DNA from: Selaginella moellendorffii
Taxonomy: Eukaryota; Plantae; Lycopodiophyta
NCBI RefSeq assembly: GCF_000143415.4
Contig: NW_003314263.1
Coordinates: forward strand, 3,730,451-3,794,450
Length of the DNA: 64,000 nucleotides
Direction of reading: 5' to 3'
Shown: piece after piece, positions 47,565 to 61,780 of the stretch
How positions within the stretch are numbered: the stretch's first letter is position 1
How the letters are laid out: each line of letters begins with the position of its first letter
Notes under the pieces: generated by a model
Database searches by the model: none
The model's input: only the letters and a program-made list of their open reading frames with translations
Told to the model about the DNA's origin: nothing
Program-made: the position numbers and the translations under genes

Positions 47565-48571
47565 ATGGCAGAGGGAGGCGCGGTCCAGGCGCTTCCTCCG
47601 CACAGGCGCGCGCAGGTCTTGCTCCAGGACATGGCGGGCCTCACAGTGCGCCTTCTCGAGCTAGCCGGTAAGCAAAGCGTCTTTCTTCTCTTTCCTCTCC
47701 AGATCCAGACTTGGTCAATGCAGGCAGCAAATCGTGGCAAGGCAGCCATCTCAAGAGCCTCTTCCCCCCTTTCCTGGCCGGAGCTCCCGTGCCCGCCGAG
47801 GGCCTGGTCGCCAACAGCACCAAAGACGTCCTGGCGCTCCTCGACTCGCATCAATCGCTTCTATCGGACGCGGTGTCCGAGATTGCCGAGCTCCAGAGCC
47901 TGGAGCAGGAGAAGCAGCGAATCGCCGAGGCGGTGGCGGCCAAGGACGCGGTGATCCGCGAGTTTGCCAAGCGCGTCAGGGACGCGGAGCAGGTCCTGGA
48001 GCTCACGCTGGAGGAATTCGAGGAGTACAGGCGGCCATCCAAGGAGAGGAAGACAATGGACGCCGAGGTGGACGTGTCCGAGCTCGTCTCCTACGCTCAT
48101 AGGATCAGCTACACGACGTTTGCTCCTCCGGATTATCTTCTCGGTCAGCCCGGAGTGCTGGCTCCGGCTCCTCAGGAGCAGCAAATGCGAGCTTCGGAGC
48201 TCTACCACTTCAGCGACATGGATCTGGGCGTCTTGAAAGCTCCGGCAACCGCACCGCGACCAGTGCCATCGCTGCCGTCGCCAACGGTGGAGAAATCACC
48301 ACCGAAAGAAGCAGCAGCAGGAAAGCTCACGCCCTCTACTTCCACTCCGGTTACTCTTCCCGGACTGCCTCCCGGAATCAAGCTCCCACCGATGCCTCCC
48401 GGATGGAAGCCCGGAGATCCGGTTCCACTGCCGGAAGTGGCTCCAGCTCCAGCGGCACCGGCTCCAGGAGTAATCCAGGTGCCGTTCGTGCAGCTGGATC
48501 TAAATCCGGAGCTCGAAGACGACTACGCCTCGGACTACAGCAACGAGGAGCAAAGTTCCGAGGAAGAGTGA
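47565..48571 (+). CDS. MED4: Mediator subunit 4, copy B
   Basis: Near-identical to copy A (few substitutions, one 9-nt in-frame indel), intact frame; probable intron 47668-47723. Confidence 0.93.
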
Positions 48572-48801
48572 GGAACCAAGTAAGTTGGCATTCTTTCTAA
48601 ATTCCTTGAGACATACTTCGTACCCTGAGGGCAAGCAGGATGAAAAAACTCGATTTTGCAAGTTAAATCCAAACCTTGAAGGGGGAACAAATGCTCGATT
48701 CAAATCCAACAGTCTTTTCCACTTACACCAGGTCTTGTGTAGCCGACTTCTTGTAGACGAAGAGGTCCGTAATTTACTCAGAATCCAACTTTTGATTGAG
48801 T

Positions 48802-49147
48802 GAGAGAGCATACAGGCCGCATTCGGGAGTAAGGTGTTGAATATCACTGGCTTGAGCTTACGTGCTACTCGGACTGGGAGTGGTAATCTTAGAAACGTTT
48901 AAGCCTTTCTTCTCACTCAACTTTCACGCATTCCAGGTATGTTAGTTCTTTCGTTTCTTAGAGAGTTCTTACTGTGTGTTTTCCGATACAGAGATCGTCC
49001 GAGAAGGCCTGCCTCAACGACGTTACTGGTGTTGGCACTTGGAGGCAAATCGTCTATGCTGTGGCGCTAGCGTTGGTCGTTTTGACGCTCTTGCCGTTGT
49101 GGGATCGCTTGGCCACCCAGCTTGGCATTGGCATTGGAACCCGGACT
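48802..49147 (+). pseudogene. EGY1 3' fragment, copy 2
   Basis: QRSSEKACLNDVTGVGTWRQ...LTLLPLWDRLATQLGIG. Confidence 0.8.
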
Positions 49148-49179
49148 CGCTCGATCTATTCATGTGAAAGCTTCCAGGA

Positions 49180-49985
49180 GAAACGATGAGCTGCTTGAAC
49201 AGCTCGTGCCCCTGAAGGATCTTCCCGGCCTTGCACAGCGCCTCCACCAAGATCTCGTAGGAGTTCACGTCGGGGATCCGGCCGCTCTCGATCATCTCCT
49301 GGAACAAGTCCTTGGCATCGCCCAACCGTCCCTCACAGCACAAGCGCCCCAAAAGAATGTTGTAAGTGGAGACGCTTGGGAGGAGCTCCTGCTGTTGCGA
49401 GGATTTCATCTCCTCGTACAACCTCCACCATCTTCATCTCGCACAGCACCTCAATCGCGCACGAGAGATCCACGGACGTTTAGCCAGCCGCTCGCATCTC
49501 CTTCACCAGCTCCAGCGCCTCGCCAGCGTTTTTCCTCCGGCAGAGCTCCCTATCGTCTTGAGTAGCCGGACGCCATCTCCCACCTTGTCGCCCACCACAA
49601 TCGTCTTGACGAGCTGGTTCATAGATCCGCCGATGGCAGCGGCAAGTCCACGAACTCGTCGACGAGCTCCAGAGCCTGCGCTACTTCTCCCCGTTTCGTG
49701 AAAGAGTCCAGCATCACCGACGCGATGGCTTGCACCCTTTCTCCATCCTCCGGAAGAGCCGATAAGCGTCGCCGTATCGACCAGCCTTGTCCAGGCAATC
49801 GACGAGCGAGCTGAAGCACACCACGTCCGGCTGGAGCTTCTTCTCCAGCATCTCTGCCAGCAGCTTCTCGCCATCGTAGATCTTCCCAGACATTGCAGCA
49901 CGCGTTGATGAGGATACTATAGACGACGTTGTCCGGAGGGCAAGACTCTCCTTCTTCACCACCATCGTCCCAGCCTTGCACATCC
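49180..49985 (-). pseudogene. P-class PPR gene fragment (copy B)
   Basis: PPDNVVYSILINACC, PDVVCFSSLVDCLDKAGR, PSVSTYNILLGRLC; multiple frameshifts. Confidence 0.85.
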
Positions 49986-51338
49986 TCATATTGCTGCGGC
50001 CAAGCGCATCTTCGATCGAATGCCCGAGGAGCGCAACCTTGTCTCCTGGAACTCGATGCTTGCCGCTTTCACATACAATGACCGCTCGATCTCTTTGCGG
50101 AAGAGGCTGATTTCGCGGAAAACTTTTTTGTTCCTTATAAATTTTACTGGACTCACTCTCTTGTCATAGTTTGGCGTGGAATTTGCTGCCGAACATGTGT
50201 TACCACAACAGCTCAATCTTCAGCAATTCATGAAGTACATGCAGTTTGTGAAGGAATTCCCCAATCATTTCATTGCTATTTGAGGGACCGCAGTTGATAA
50301 CAAGCTTCTTTTTCAGCAGGGAAATTGAAAGGAAGCGAGGACTCAAGGATGGCGAGGCAGCCAAAGATGGGATGGGATCAGTATGACAACCAAGGGAAAC
50401 ATCTGGGCCACGGACTACTGGCGCTCGGGAGTTTCCAAAACGCAGACGATTTCTTCGGTCACTCTTCCGCAACAACACCACCACAGCAGCAGCGATCAAC
50501 AACAAGAAGAATCACAACAACCGCATTGCAACGAAGCTGGACGATTTCTTCTTGTCGCCAGGCCAGTCTCAGCCGCCACTCAACAGCAGCATCGTCAGGG
50601 ACGAGGGGCCGAGGAAGGAGTTCTCATTCTCTCCGCGGCACTGGTGCTAACTCGAGAGCCTCGTTGAAGCAGCAGCAACAGGATTTGTTGCAATAGCAGG
50701 TCGCTTCTTTGAAACTAAAAAGTTTGACCCGTTTGAGATCAACGGTGTGGATTTGCCATGTGCTAGATTCCACTATGCCCTAAAAGTTTATTCCTTCCCC
50801 TTTTGCATGATCCATCTCTTTTTCACGTGTGGTTTGTACACCTTAGATGGGTGCCTCACACAGAGCGTAAAATCCAAAGCATGATCCCTTGCAAAAGCTG
50901 GGTCAATGTTTCATACGAGATAACTTTCCCTTTGCGATGTCCACCTTGAGTTAAAGCATGAACTTCCGTTAGCTCCACGATCCAGATGCTCGTTTCGTTG
51001 CTCGTGACATTCTTTTGCTTGTCTTGGCGGAAGCTGGAAGTGGGTGATAGCAAAGGAGCCACTCACTTCAGCAGATTTTCCTTTCACAGTCTCGGTCGCG
51101 ACTGTTCACCTTACTCTGACCTTGCAACCCAACAGCTCATGGATGGAAAGGGAGTGGCGAAAAAAGAGTTGGAAGGCCTTCAAGGCAAGCTGAGCACGAC
51201 AACTACTCAGCTGGCCAACAAGACGAATGACTTCAACAGTCTGCAAGGGCAATCTCGAGAGCTTGGATTAGTGGCTGACAGTATGAACCAGAAGCAGGAG
51301 AGTTAAGGCTTTCAGTCACCATGTCAGAGCATAACAAG

Positions 51339-51430
51339 ATGATTAAGCTGGAGAATGAGATTATCAAACAGGAGAATGAGAAGATCAAGCAAGAAAATGA
51401 AAAGATAAAACAAGAGAATGATCAACTCAC
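51339..51430 (+). repeat. 21-nt heptad-coding repeat (IKQENEK)n in a coiled-coil gene relic
   Basis: Translates to MIKLENEIIKQENEKIKQENEKIKQENDQL; preceded by coiled-coil ORF 50986-51306. Confidence 0.6.
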
Positions 51431-52194
51431 AAGATTCACGTCCTAAGTGAGCAATGTCAACGAGAATGAGAAGCAGGAGATGGAAATCTGAGTAGCTTAA
51501 GATTTGGTGCTACTGTTTCTAAAACTAGGTGTTATTTTTTCTTTTGGTATTTAAGCAATTTGTTTTTCTCACAGCCTTATTCTTTCTTCTACAGAAACGA
51601 TTACGGTGACTTCTTTCTCTTGTAGAAGACCTGAGGCCCAGGAACGGGATCTTCCAAATGAGGAACCTTGATCACTCCGTACACCATCTTCCTGTCTTGG
51701 GCTATGGGACGTGAAAAGCAATATTAAGAATCACAACCAAGATCGACCACTATGATCTGCAGCTTCCTCATCATGGTGAATGAATCCTCCTCCAAGTGTA
51801 AAAACCTTGAGAATGAATGGAGAGACTCATAGTGACTAGTTTGCTCTGTGTACGAAAGTTAACGTGCATGACTCACTTGTTTCACTGACTTAGTCGTAGT
51901 CAAAGACACTGCTCTGGTTAGTCAAACACCAGAGTCTAGTCCAAGACCCTGCTTCAGTCAAACTTTCAGTGTAACAAAGTCTAATCCAAGGAAACAAAAT
52001 CTTTAAGAAAATTCCTGTTATTTCTTCGTTTTGTTTCTCTGATCAAGTCGTCAGGCACAAATCCACTATCGATCATCTCCCTCAGAGCTTCTTCTGCATC
52101 ATCTTCATATTCTTCTTCGCTTTTCTCTTCTTGAGACTGGTGCCTACAAAGCCTGTCGACGATTGTAGCACATGTCGCTGCTGGGAATGAATCC

Positions 52195-52880
52195 CAGAGA
52201 GATGAGCTGCTTGAACAGCTCGTGTCCCTTGAAGATCTTCCTGGCCTTGCACAGCGCCTCTACCTAAGAGTTCACGTTGGGGAAAAAACCATCGTTTCTC
52301 CTGGAAGCTTTCACATAAATAGATAGCAAGTCCGGTTCTTGGGTGGCCAAGCCATCCTACAACGGCAACAGCGTCAAAACGACCAACACTAGCACTACAG
52401 CATAAACGATTTTCCTCCAAGTGCCATCACCAGCAATGTTGTTGAGGCAGGCCTTCTTGGATGATCTCTGTATCGGAAAACCCACAGTAAGAACTCTCTA
52501 AGAAATGAACGAACTGACATACCTGGACAATGATAATGTACAAACCCCACCAACTGAAAGTTGAGTGAGAAGAAAGACTTAAATGTCCACTCCTAGCCCC
52601 AGTAGATTACCACTCCCAGTCCATGTAGCACGTAAGTGATCAAGCTAGTGATATTCAACACCTTACTCCCGAATGCGGCCTGTATGCTCTCTCACTCAAT
52701 CAAAAGTTGGATTCTTGAGGAAACTACCAAACCTAGAGAGCTCTTCCTCCGTCTACAAGAAGTTGGCTACATGAGACCTAGTGTAAGTGGAAAAGACTGT
52801 TCTTACCCCTGGAGTTGAATCATTTATTCCCCCTTCAAGGTTTGGATTTAACTTGCAAATTTTTTTTCATCTTGCTGGTT
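52195..52880 (-). pseudogene. Third, inverted and more decayed copy of the MED4-3'-flank / EGY1 / PPR-end segment
   Basis: Largely the reverse complement of ~42375-42900 (e.g. CACCTTACTCCCGAATGCGGCCTGTATGCTCTCTCACTCAATCAAAAGTTGGATTC), plus a direct copy of the PPR end. Confidence 0.8.
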
Positions 52881-53769
52881 TCATCCTGCATGTGCGACGA
52901 ACCAATGTGATGCACAATGATGTGGCTGTTGAACCTGGTGTGGGCAAGGAATGTGCATGGTTATGCTAGTGCACAGCCCTGCAGCTGCCCAACCTTGCTT
53001 TGCTTGTGGATGCACTCCTGGAGAATGTGTCATGAGGAGCATTATCGAAAGTCATGAGGCTTACCACTGAATTAAAAACATAATCACTAAGAGGGATAAA
53101 TGTTTACTGGGTTGACAGCATAGAAGACTAGCACACCACCATCAATCTCCAAAACATTTGAGGCTAATGCAAGCTCAAATAAATAGAAGTTATACAAGAG
53201 GCTCAATACAAAAAAGCAGTGATAAATAATTTCTGTTTTCTTCTTCCATGATTGGTATCTAATGAAAATGCTCTTGTGATTGCTTACATAATATACTCTA
53301 CATTACATCCATCATTTGGTTGGAAGAAAATGGCTAGTCAAAGAAGGAATGGAGAGTGAACAAAAATTTGTCCACCTCCAATATATCAATGTTGAATTCA
53401 AAAGGATTAATATCTAAACTCTTATGAGAGAGTGCATGGAATTGATTAGTCTAAACAGAAATCTCCTTAATGCTGTCATGTTTGATTAGAGATATAAACC
53501 CCAAATAAAGCATGACTTTTATAAACCCAAAGAGGTTTTTTTTGCAATTGACACCCTTGAGCCTCAAGTTTCAGAATGCAAATGATGGCAAATGATGGGT
53601 AAGCTATCTCAATGAGACTGGCCATGTATGAATGTTGGACCCAAAAATCCTTGGCTCATGAGCATTTGTAGTTGTCATCTAAAATGTCTTAATCACATAC
53701 TTAAGATGGCAAAAATTATTCCTGAAATCTATGATGCTTAGGATTGCATTGCCAATATAATCCTAGAGA

Positions 53770-54040
53770 CATCAACCAAGCGTCCCGCCCACCCGAGAAA
53801 ATCGATCATACACCAGTAGTGCTGCTTGGTGGGCCGGAAGTGCCAAAGTCCGAGATCATCGACATAAAGTTGGCTCTACACTCGGACACTTCCCCGGGGT
53901 GACTGAAAGCGAGCAGGACAGAGAGAAAGCAAGCCTCGTCTGGAACATCTACAAGCTTCATCGCATGGAAGAAATGGAACGTGTCTTCTCCCGGGCACAG
54001 AGGCTGAGCAAGACACTCCAGGAAACCAGACTCGGTGATG
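53770..54040 (-). pseudogene. PLS-E PPR 3' fragment, a copy of 63730-64000
   Basis: Near-identical to the PPR at the window end (DVPDEACFLSVLLAFSH...PTKQHYWCMID). Confidence 0.85.
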
Positions 54041-55010
54041 GGATCGTATCAAACAGCTTCTTGGTGGTGTCTAGGTGACAATCGTTTCTCCCAGCGTGAG
54101 CAACTAGCATCGCTGATAAAACAGCCAACACACATTCTACTGCAAAGTGTTAGCCTGCGGGGAGGCACTTGCACTAATGAACAACGAAGCCTTCTCGCTT
54201 GTAGTTTCGGAAACACATCCATCCGCATTTGTTAACTAGTGCATCTTATTTTTATACACTTTATAGATTCCCATAAGGTATAAGAGATCTGGTTGTTGAG
54301 GTGGGAAATTTTGTAAGAGTGGGTTGTCAAATAGTTGTCTTACAATTGTCTCAGGTGTTTTAAGGACATTATTGTCCAAAACTACAAGTGAGAAGTGTTC
54401 GTTGTTCATCCGCACAAATGCTTCCTTGTAGGCTAACGCTTTGTAAAAGAATGTGGGTGTATTAGCTACTTTATCAGCCTCACTAATATATAAATGTTTA
54501 TACACCCATTCCAATTGCCATTGTGTCTCAGAGGTGGTCATCACATCCATGGACAGGGTACTTTGGCAATTTTGTAATGCCATTCAAACCCGATAATTTA
54601 TATACTGTTTAACAATGGCTTCATTGATTGGCTAATTTCAAATGTAAAATTGCTAGGAGTTTATAAGTAGAGTCTTTGACCACCTTGCTGTTTATGATGC
54701 TTATGATATCTACACTACTCATTCGTAAAAGCTACCAAAATGAAACCAACAAAAGTCATTAAACTAAACAACTTCATCATCTGCTTGGGGAACAGAGTAT
54801 AGAGATAGGTTCGAGGAATCCCTATGGGTTTCTCATGCTCATCTTTGTGGTGTAACTTGTACCTCTTTTACTTCGAGTAAAACTTTCTTACTCGACTTGC
54901 ATGATTAGGCTGATATGATTTACTCTGCCTTTTCAAATATACATTTAGGTAGATGGATGATCTTGTATTGATGAACAATCCTATGATCCTCCGTGAATAC
55001 CTGTGAATGA

Positions 55011-55568
55011 ATGGACCGAAGGGAGTGTCTCGAGCTCATTGAGTCTTGCCAGACGCTTCCCAAGGCCTGGGAGCTCCACGCTCGGATTCTCTCCAGCGGA
55101 GCCAGCCTCAGCTCTGACACTCTCGTTCCCAACAAGCTCATCGAGATGTTCGGTGCTTGCGGCAGCATAGAGGACGCTTCCAAGATCTTCGCGTCCATGG
55201 ACAACTCCAGGAACTCCTACTCTTGGGATTTTATGCTGGCCATCTTCTGCAGGAGTGGTGGAGCTGCAAATCTCTCCCGGGCCAAAGAACTTTACGACCA
55301 AATGCCGTCTCAGAGTTTGGTGGCCTCCACAACTATGCTGCTCGCGTATGCCCAGAACGGGCATATCGAAGAATCCAAAAAGGTCTTCGAAGGAATGCCG
55401 GGGAGGGACGTGATCTCCTGGAATGCCATGCTAGCTGCTTTCTCCGGTGCTGGAAGCCTGGAAGAGATGGAGCAAGTATTTTCTAGTATGCCCGAGCTGG
55501 ACTTGGTTTCATGGACCACCTTGCTATTTACAAGATGGAAATCGAAAATATTTCACCCACTTATTTGA
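55011..55568 (+). pseudogene. PLS-class PPR 5' fragment, truncated
   Basis: NKLIEMFGACGSIEDA, LLAYAQNGHIEESKKVF.GMPGRDVISWNAML; breaks abruptly into repeat DNA after LVSWTTLL. Confidence 0.8.
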
Positions 55569-58500
55569 ATGAATCTTTAAACTATCTAACAAGTCCAAAG
55601 TGTAAGTCGAATGTAGTGATTTCCCTCGCGGCTATGACATGCACCTCCTGTGCAGGTTTCGATTTTAATTTTTTTTATTGTAACACGAACAACACGAACA
55701 AAAGAAAAAAAAGGGCAAGATGACGTGAAAGTGATGGTATCTCCAGGATAAAAAGACGTCTGTCCTCCATCGTCCTCATTCTCCTCAGCTCCTCTTGCTT
55801 CTTTATACTTCATTTCCTAAGCCTTCAAATCTAGATCATATAGGTTGATGGTACTTTTCTAACAACAAAGTATGATAGGTGCAGATCACTTTCATTCCGG
55901 ATCTTGATGTACATCCATTGAGATTCTAATTGCTTTGTTGTAAATGCATCTAAAGTAATCTTGGGATAAGTTTTTGCACTCTTCTATATGATTAATATTA
56001 CTGGTGGTGTTGTCCTTAAGATTGATAATTTTGTTGAGTGCTTTGTGGCAAATGGATTCCATCGATTTGCACTAAGATGACTAATCCTTTGTAGTCTGCA
56101 TTAGATTATTTTGACCGGCCCATTGACACTAGTATAAACAGTGCTTGACATTTTCTTTGACTTTTGGAGAGAACTAGCCAATCACCCACCACATGTTGAT
56201 GATTTGGCAAATTTAGGTTGAGAGTAGGAGATTCTATCCTCTACTCAATGCATTCCATTCTTTGGGTATTTTATTGAAACATAATAAATTCAGTTTTTAT
56301 GCCTTTCTGGACAGAGAACAACAAAAGAAAAAATTCTCCAAACTTACCATGAATTCCTTGGTTGTGCTTAGAACAAATAGCATAAGCAAACCATTGATTA
56401 GATTTATGTTCTGTTTGAAAACTTGAAAATACAATACAAATTTCATCTTCCCACAATGGGATAGACTCCACTATTTGATAACAAAGGATTTTTTTTAAAA
56501 AAACTCTTGTTTACAGAAAACTTTGTTATCCCATCAACATGATAATGGGATATATGAATAACCGTGGCATGTCTGCAATCTTCTTCTTGTACACAAAGAT
56601 CTCTCACAAGTGGTCTAGTTTCTTTGTGGCTAGGAGCAATAAGAAGTACTGCACAGCCAGAACAGGAGCCACAAATCATCAGTGTTTGTGTACTCCATCA
56701 TCTTAGGTAGCTAGAAATCTTGAAAGGGCCACACATCAGTCCATATCCAGTTCAGCGGGAAAGTGGGAGGAAATTGTGTGGCATTCTGTATTGGTATCCA
56801 AGTATCACACTTTGGCACGGCTATCCCTCATAGGTATTTTTGGTTAAGCAGATTGACTAGGCCATTTCCAGAACATTCATCCGGAGCATAGGATCATCCA
56901 TCACGTAACCTGGTACCTATCATAACCAAAACGATATCTCCAAACATTTCCTATGTCACCTCCTATGGTTTGGGTGTCTAGGGGATACTTGTATCATGGA
57001 AGATGAGGATTAGTAATGCAAGCTCAAGTAGCTCTATCTCTCTTTTTTGTAAAGGTACACAACTAGGATTCAAGAATGAAATGAGACTTGCACAACTAAT
57101 GCTCACGAGCCAATTTACTCAAGTACATGTCCAGGCTGCACATTAGAAGTGACTTCCAAGGACGAAATCTAGAGAACATGCTCAACTTGATTACTTTCCG
57201 CTGCCTCATGAATCTCACCATCTAGTCCAGTCGCATGAAAGCCCTTTGTGTTGCAGTGTTAAGTTCTGGTGTTCTGGCCGTAAAGAGTTCCTACAGGCTG
57301 AGGGTGAGGAGAAACATAGAAACTGAATCATTTATACCTTTTTTTTGTGCAGCCAAGAAAGAGGTAGTGAGATTCCTCACAACCTTAGTAGTGGGTGTGA
57401 GTTCATTTTGAGCTAGACCCAAGCAAACACTTTGTTGGTGTTGCTCATTCTTGCGATGCACAACGAAGTGCCTGTTGATCTTGGTATGGGTGAGGAATGC
57501 ACGTGGTTGTGCTAGTGCACAGCCTTACAGTTGCCCAATCTTGCTTTGCTTGTGGACGTGCTCATGGAGAATGCAGCGGCAACGGATACAAGCAAGAAAC
57601 TCTAATGTTAGGGTTTTCCTTGTTGCTTCATACCTTTCGGTGTGAGAAAATCCAGCACAAGTCGAATAGTTATATCTTGTAATTAGGTTTGCCTAGCTAT
57701 ACACATTTGAATGGATGGAAGTTCCCTTTTGCCACAACACGAGTTCTTGATGCAGCTTCACACCGCCTTCCAAAACCACATAAGTTCTGGACACTTACGA
57801 ATCCTCTAGGATGGATGTCCCCTCTGGAGGCATCTAACTAGATTCAGATGGCAGCTTTACTAAGAACAGATGCAATACAGTGGTCAAAACAAACACTGGA
57901 AGTGTCCTACCAAGATGCAACTTTGGGGAACTATGCTTATAAACCGGCTATCCCATTCCAAAAGACTGCAGATGAGGTTTTCAAGTAGACTGCTTTCCAT
58001 GGATGATGTGATGGGGATGCATTATTGAATACAAAAACTTAGAACCTATCACAGGGGGACCAATGTATATGAAATCAGCTTTGATTGTACTCCCGTTGTG
58101 ACTGCTAGGGATGTGAAGGTCCCTGCTCACTACTAATCCACAAGTAATCCTCCAGATAGCTGCTTTCCTGCAAATCCAATAATGGATGCAAGCAACTACT
58201 ATTGAGGTGACAGCACCATCAATACTAAAACGTCTGAGGCCAATGCAAGCTTGAGTAAACAAAAGCTACACAAGAGGCTTAGTGCAAGAAAGCAGCGATA
58301 AATAATTTCTATTTTCTTCTTCCATGATTGGTATTTAATGAAAATGCTCTCGTGATTGCTTATATAGTGTACTCTACACTACATCCCATCATTTGGCCAG
58401 AAGAAAATGGCTGGTCAAAGAAGGAACAAAGGGCAAATGAAAATTTGTCCACCTCTAATATATCAGTACTAGATTCAAGAAGATCAATATCCGAACTTTT

Positions 58501-61500
58501 ATGGGAGAGTGTATGGAATTGATTAGTTTAGACATAGATTTCTTTGATCCCATCACGTTTGGCTAGATATATAAACCCTAGATCAAGCATGACTTTTATA
58601 AACCCAAAGAGGTTTTTTGCAATTGGGACACCCTTGAACCTCAAGTTTGCGAATGCAAACGATGGCCATGGGTAAGCTACTTTGATGAGACTAGCCATAT
58701 ATGAATGCTAGACCCAAAAATCTTTGGCTCATGAGCACTTATAGCTGTCATCTAGAAGTCTTAATCACATCACCCCAAAACCACTCAAGATGGCAAAAAT
58801 TATTCCTGAAATCTATGATGTTTAAGATTGTATTGCTAGTATAATCCTAGAGGTTTACATCCAAAACTGGCCAAGCAATGAAGCCACTATTAAATAGAAT
58901 ATAAATCACTAGGTTCGAATGGGATTATAACTTGCAAAAGTACCCCATCCATGGATGTGATGACCACCCCCGAGGTGCAACAGCAACTAGAATGGGTGCA
59001 TAAACATTTATATATTAGTGGGGCTGATAAAATAGCTAACACACATTCTTCTGCAAAGCATTAGCCTACGGGGAGGCACTTGCGCTAATGAACAACGAAG
59101 CCTTCTCGCTTGTAGTTTCGGACAATATTGTCCCTAAAACACCCAAGATAGTTGTAAAACAACTACTTGGCAACTCACTCTTATAGAATTTCCTACCTCA
59201 ATGACCAAATCTCTCATATATATGGAAATCTACAAAGCGCATAAAAACAAAATGCATTGATTAATGAACGTGGATGGATGTGTTTTCTTGGAAATCACAA
59301 TATGCCTAATAAATATCCTAAAAGGGATATAAAAGGCATGGGCAAAGTTCTTTAGAGGAAAAATAAGCACATGCTAGATACTTGGATCTACACAAGAGTT
59401 TACAATAAATTCCCCTGATAGAATCACAATAATCTATATTAGAGATATAACCAAATGCTATGAAACAATTTCCCTTGAAGGGGGCCAAGGCTTTATGATG
59501 CCTATAACACATCTTGTCAACTTAGTTTTTGCACACTAAAATCACCTCCAAAAAGACTTTATTTTTTTTCTGATCCAAACGAAGAATGGCAAATTTGAGG
59601 CTGAATGGAAACCTCTACACTACTCATTCGTAAAAGCTACCAAAATGAAACCAACAAAAGTCATCAAACTAAACAACTTCATCATCTACTTGAGGAACAA
59701 AGTATAGAGATAGGTCTGAGGAATCCCTATGGGTTTCTTATGCTCATCTTTGTGGTGTAACTTGTACCTCTTTTACTTCAAGTAGAATTTTCTTACTCGA
59801 CTTGCATGATTAGGCCAATATGATTTACTCTGCCTTTTCAAATATACATTTAGGTACATGGATGATCTTGTATCGATGAACAATATTATGATCCTCTGCT
59901 TCCTTGACCCTAATCAAATCAAATCAGAAGGAAATCCATTCTAGATATATCCACTACGATTCCTTGCCATGCAAAATGAGATGGAAAATCCATTTATTGG
60001 CACTGATGGCTTGCTCATAAATCTGTCAACTCATTTCTTTAGCCTTCAAATCCATATTATATGGGTTGATGATACTTTTCTAACAACAAAGTACAATAAG
60101 TGCAAATCACTTCCATTCCAAATCTCGATATACATCCATCGAGATTCTAATTACCCTACTTGCATGACTGATGCTTGTGAGCCAATGTACTCAGGTACAT
60201 GTCCGGACTGCACATCCCAAGTGACTTTCAAGGACTAGATCTAGAAAACATGTTCAACTTTATTGCTTTTCGTTGCCTCATGAATCTCATTATTTGGTCC
60301 AGTCACTGTCATTTTGTCTTTTTTCTATGGGGGCAATTAGATATTGGATCAATCAATATCATAAACACTACCTAAGTAGAGTCTATGAAAGCCCCTTGTG
60401 TCACTGAATTAAGTTTGGTGCTTTGGCCATAAAGAGTTCTTATAGGCCGGGGGTGAAGAGAAATGTAGAAACTAAATCATTTGTATCTATTTCTGTGCAA
60501 CCAAAAAAGTGGTAGTAAGATTCCTTGCGGCTTTAGTAGTGGGTGTGAGCTCGTTTTGAACTAGACCCAAACAAACACTTCATTAGCACTACTCATTCTT
60601 GTGATGCACAACAAAGCAGCTATTGATCCTGGTGTGGGCGAGGAATGCACGTGGTTGTGTTAGTGCACAACCCTGCAACTGCCCACTTGCTCTACTTATG
60701 GATGCACTCCTGGAGAATGCAGCAGTGGTAGATACAAGTTAAAAACCCTAATGTTAGGGTTTTCCCTGTTGCTTCATACTTTTTGGTGTGAGAAAATCCA
60801 GTGCCCATGGCCATGAAGTCGAAGAAATATAACTTGTAATTAAGTTTGCCTAGCCAAACAGCATGTTTCTTAGGGCAAGATTCTACGAAGAATCCAAAGT
60901 TTTGTTTTTTACCATACTACGTCTACTCATATGTCCCATATCATGTTGATAGGATAACAAAGTTTTCTGTAAACAAGACTTTTTTTTAAAAAAATCCTTT
61001 ATTATCAAACCATGAAGTTTGTCCTATTGTGGGAATATGAAATTTGTGTTGTATTTTCTAGTTGTCAAATAGAACACAAATCTAATCAATGGTTCACTTA
61101 TGCTATTTGTTTTAAGTGCAACCAAAGAATTTATGGTAAGTTTAGGGAATATGTTCTTTTGTTGTTCTCTATCCAAAAAGGCATAGAAACCGAATCTATT
61201 ATATTTCAATAAAATGCCTAAGGAGTGGAATGCATTAAGTAAAGGACAGAATCTTCTATTCTCAGTCTAAGTTTGCCAAATCATCAAGATGTGGTGGGTG
61301 ATTGGCCAGTTCTCTCCAAATGTTAAAGAGAATGTCAAGTACTGCTTGTACCAGTGTTAATGGGTTAGTCAAAATAATCTGGTCTAGACTGCGAAGGATA
61401 AATTGTCTTAGTGCAAATCGATGGGATCTATTTGCCACAAAGCACTCAACAAGATTATCAATCTCAAGGATGATACCACCAATAGTATTAATTAGATAGA

Positions 61501-61780
61501 AGAGTGCAAAAATCTATCTCAAAATTACTTTAGATGCATTTACAACCTCATTTTATTCTTAAATCTTAGCTTTGCACCTTTATAAAAATGAGAGATAGAG
61601 CTAGCAATAATCTTCATCTTCCATGATATAAATACCCCTTGGATACCTAAACCATAGGAGGTGACATTAGAAATGTTTGGAGATATCATTTTGGTTGTGA
61701 TTGATACTGGGTTACTAGATGGATAGTCCTATGCCCTAGACAAATGTATTGGAAATGGCCTAGTTGATCTGCTTAACTAT

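Larger units (their letters stand above)
44216..50614. repeat. Segmental duplication copy B
   Basis: Same order of modules as copy A; the MED4 starts are offset by 6260 bp and are nearly identical. Confidence 0.92.

Noticed and set aside
61400-61460. IDGIHL as a MULE transposase catalytic motif
   Set aside because: Too short, and the surrounding frames are too degraded to support a call.
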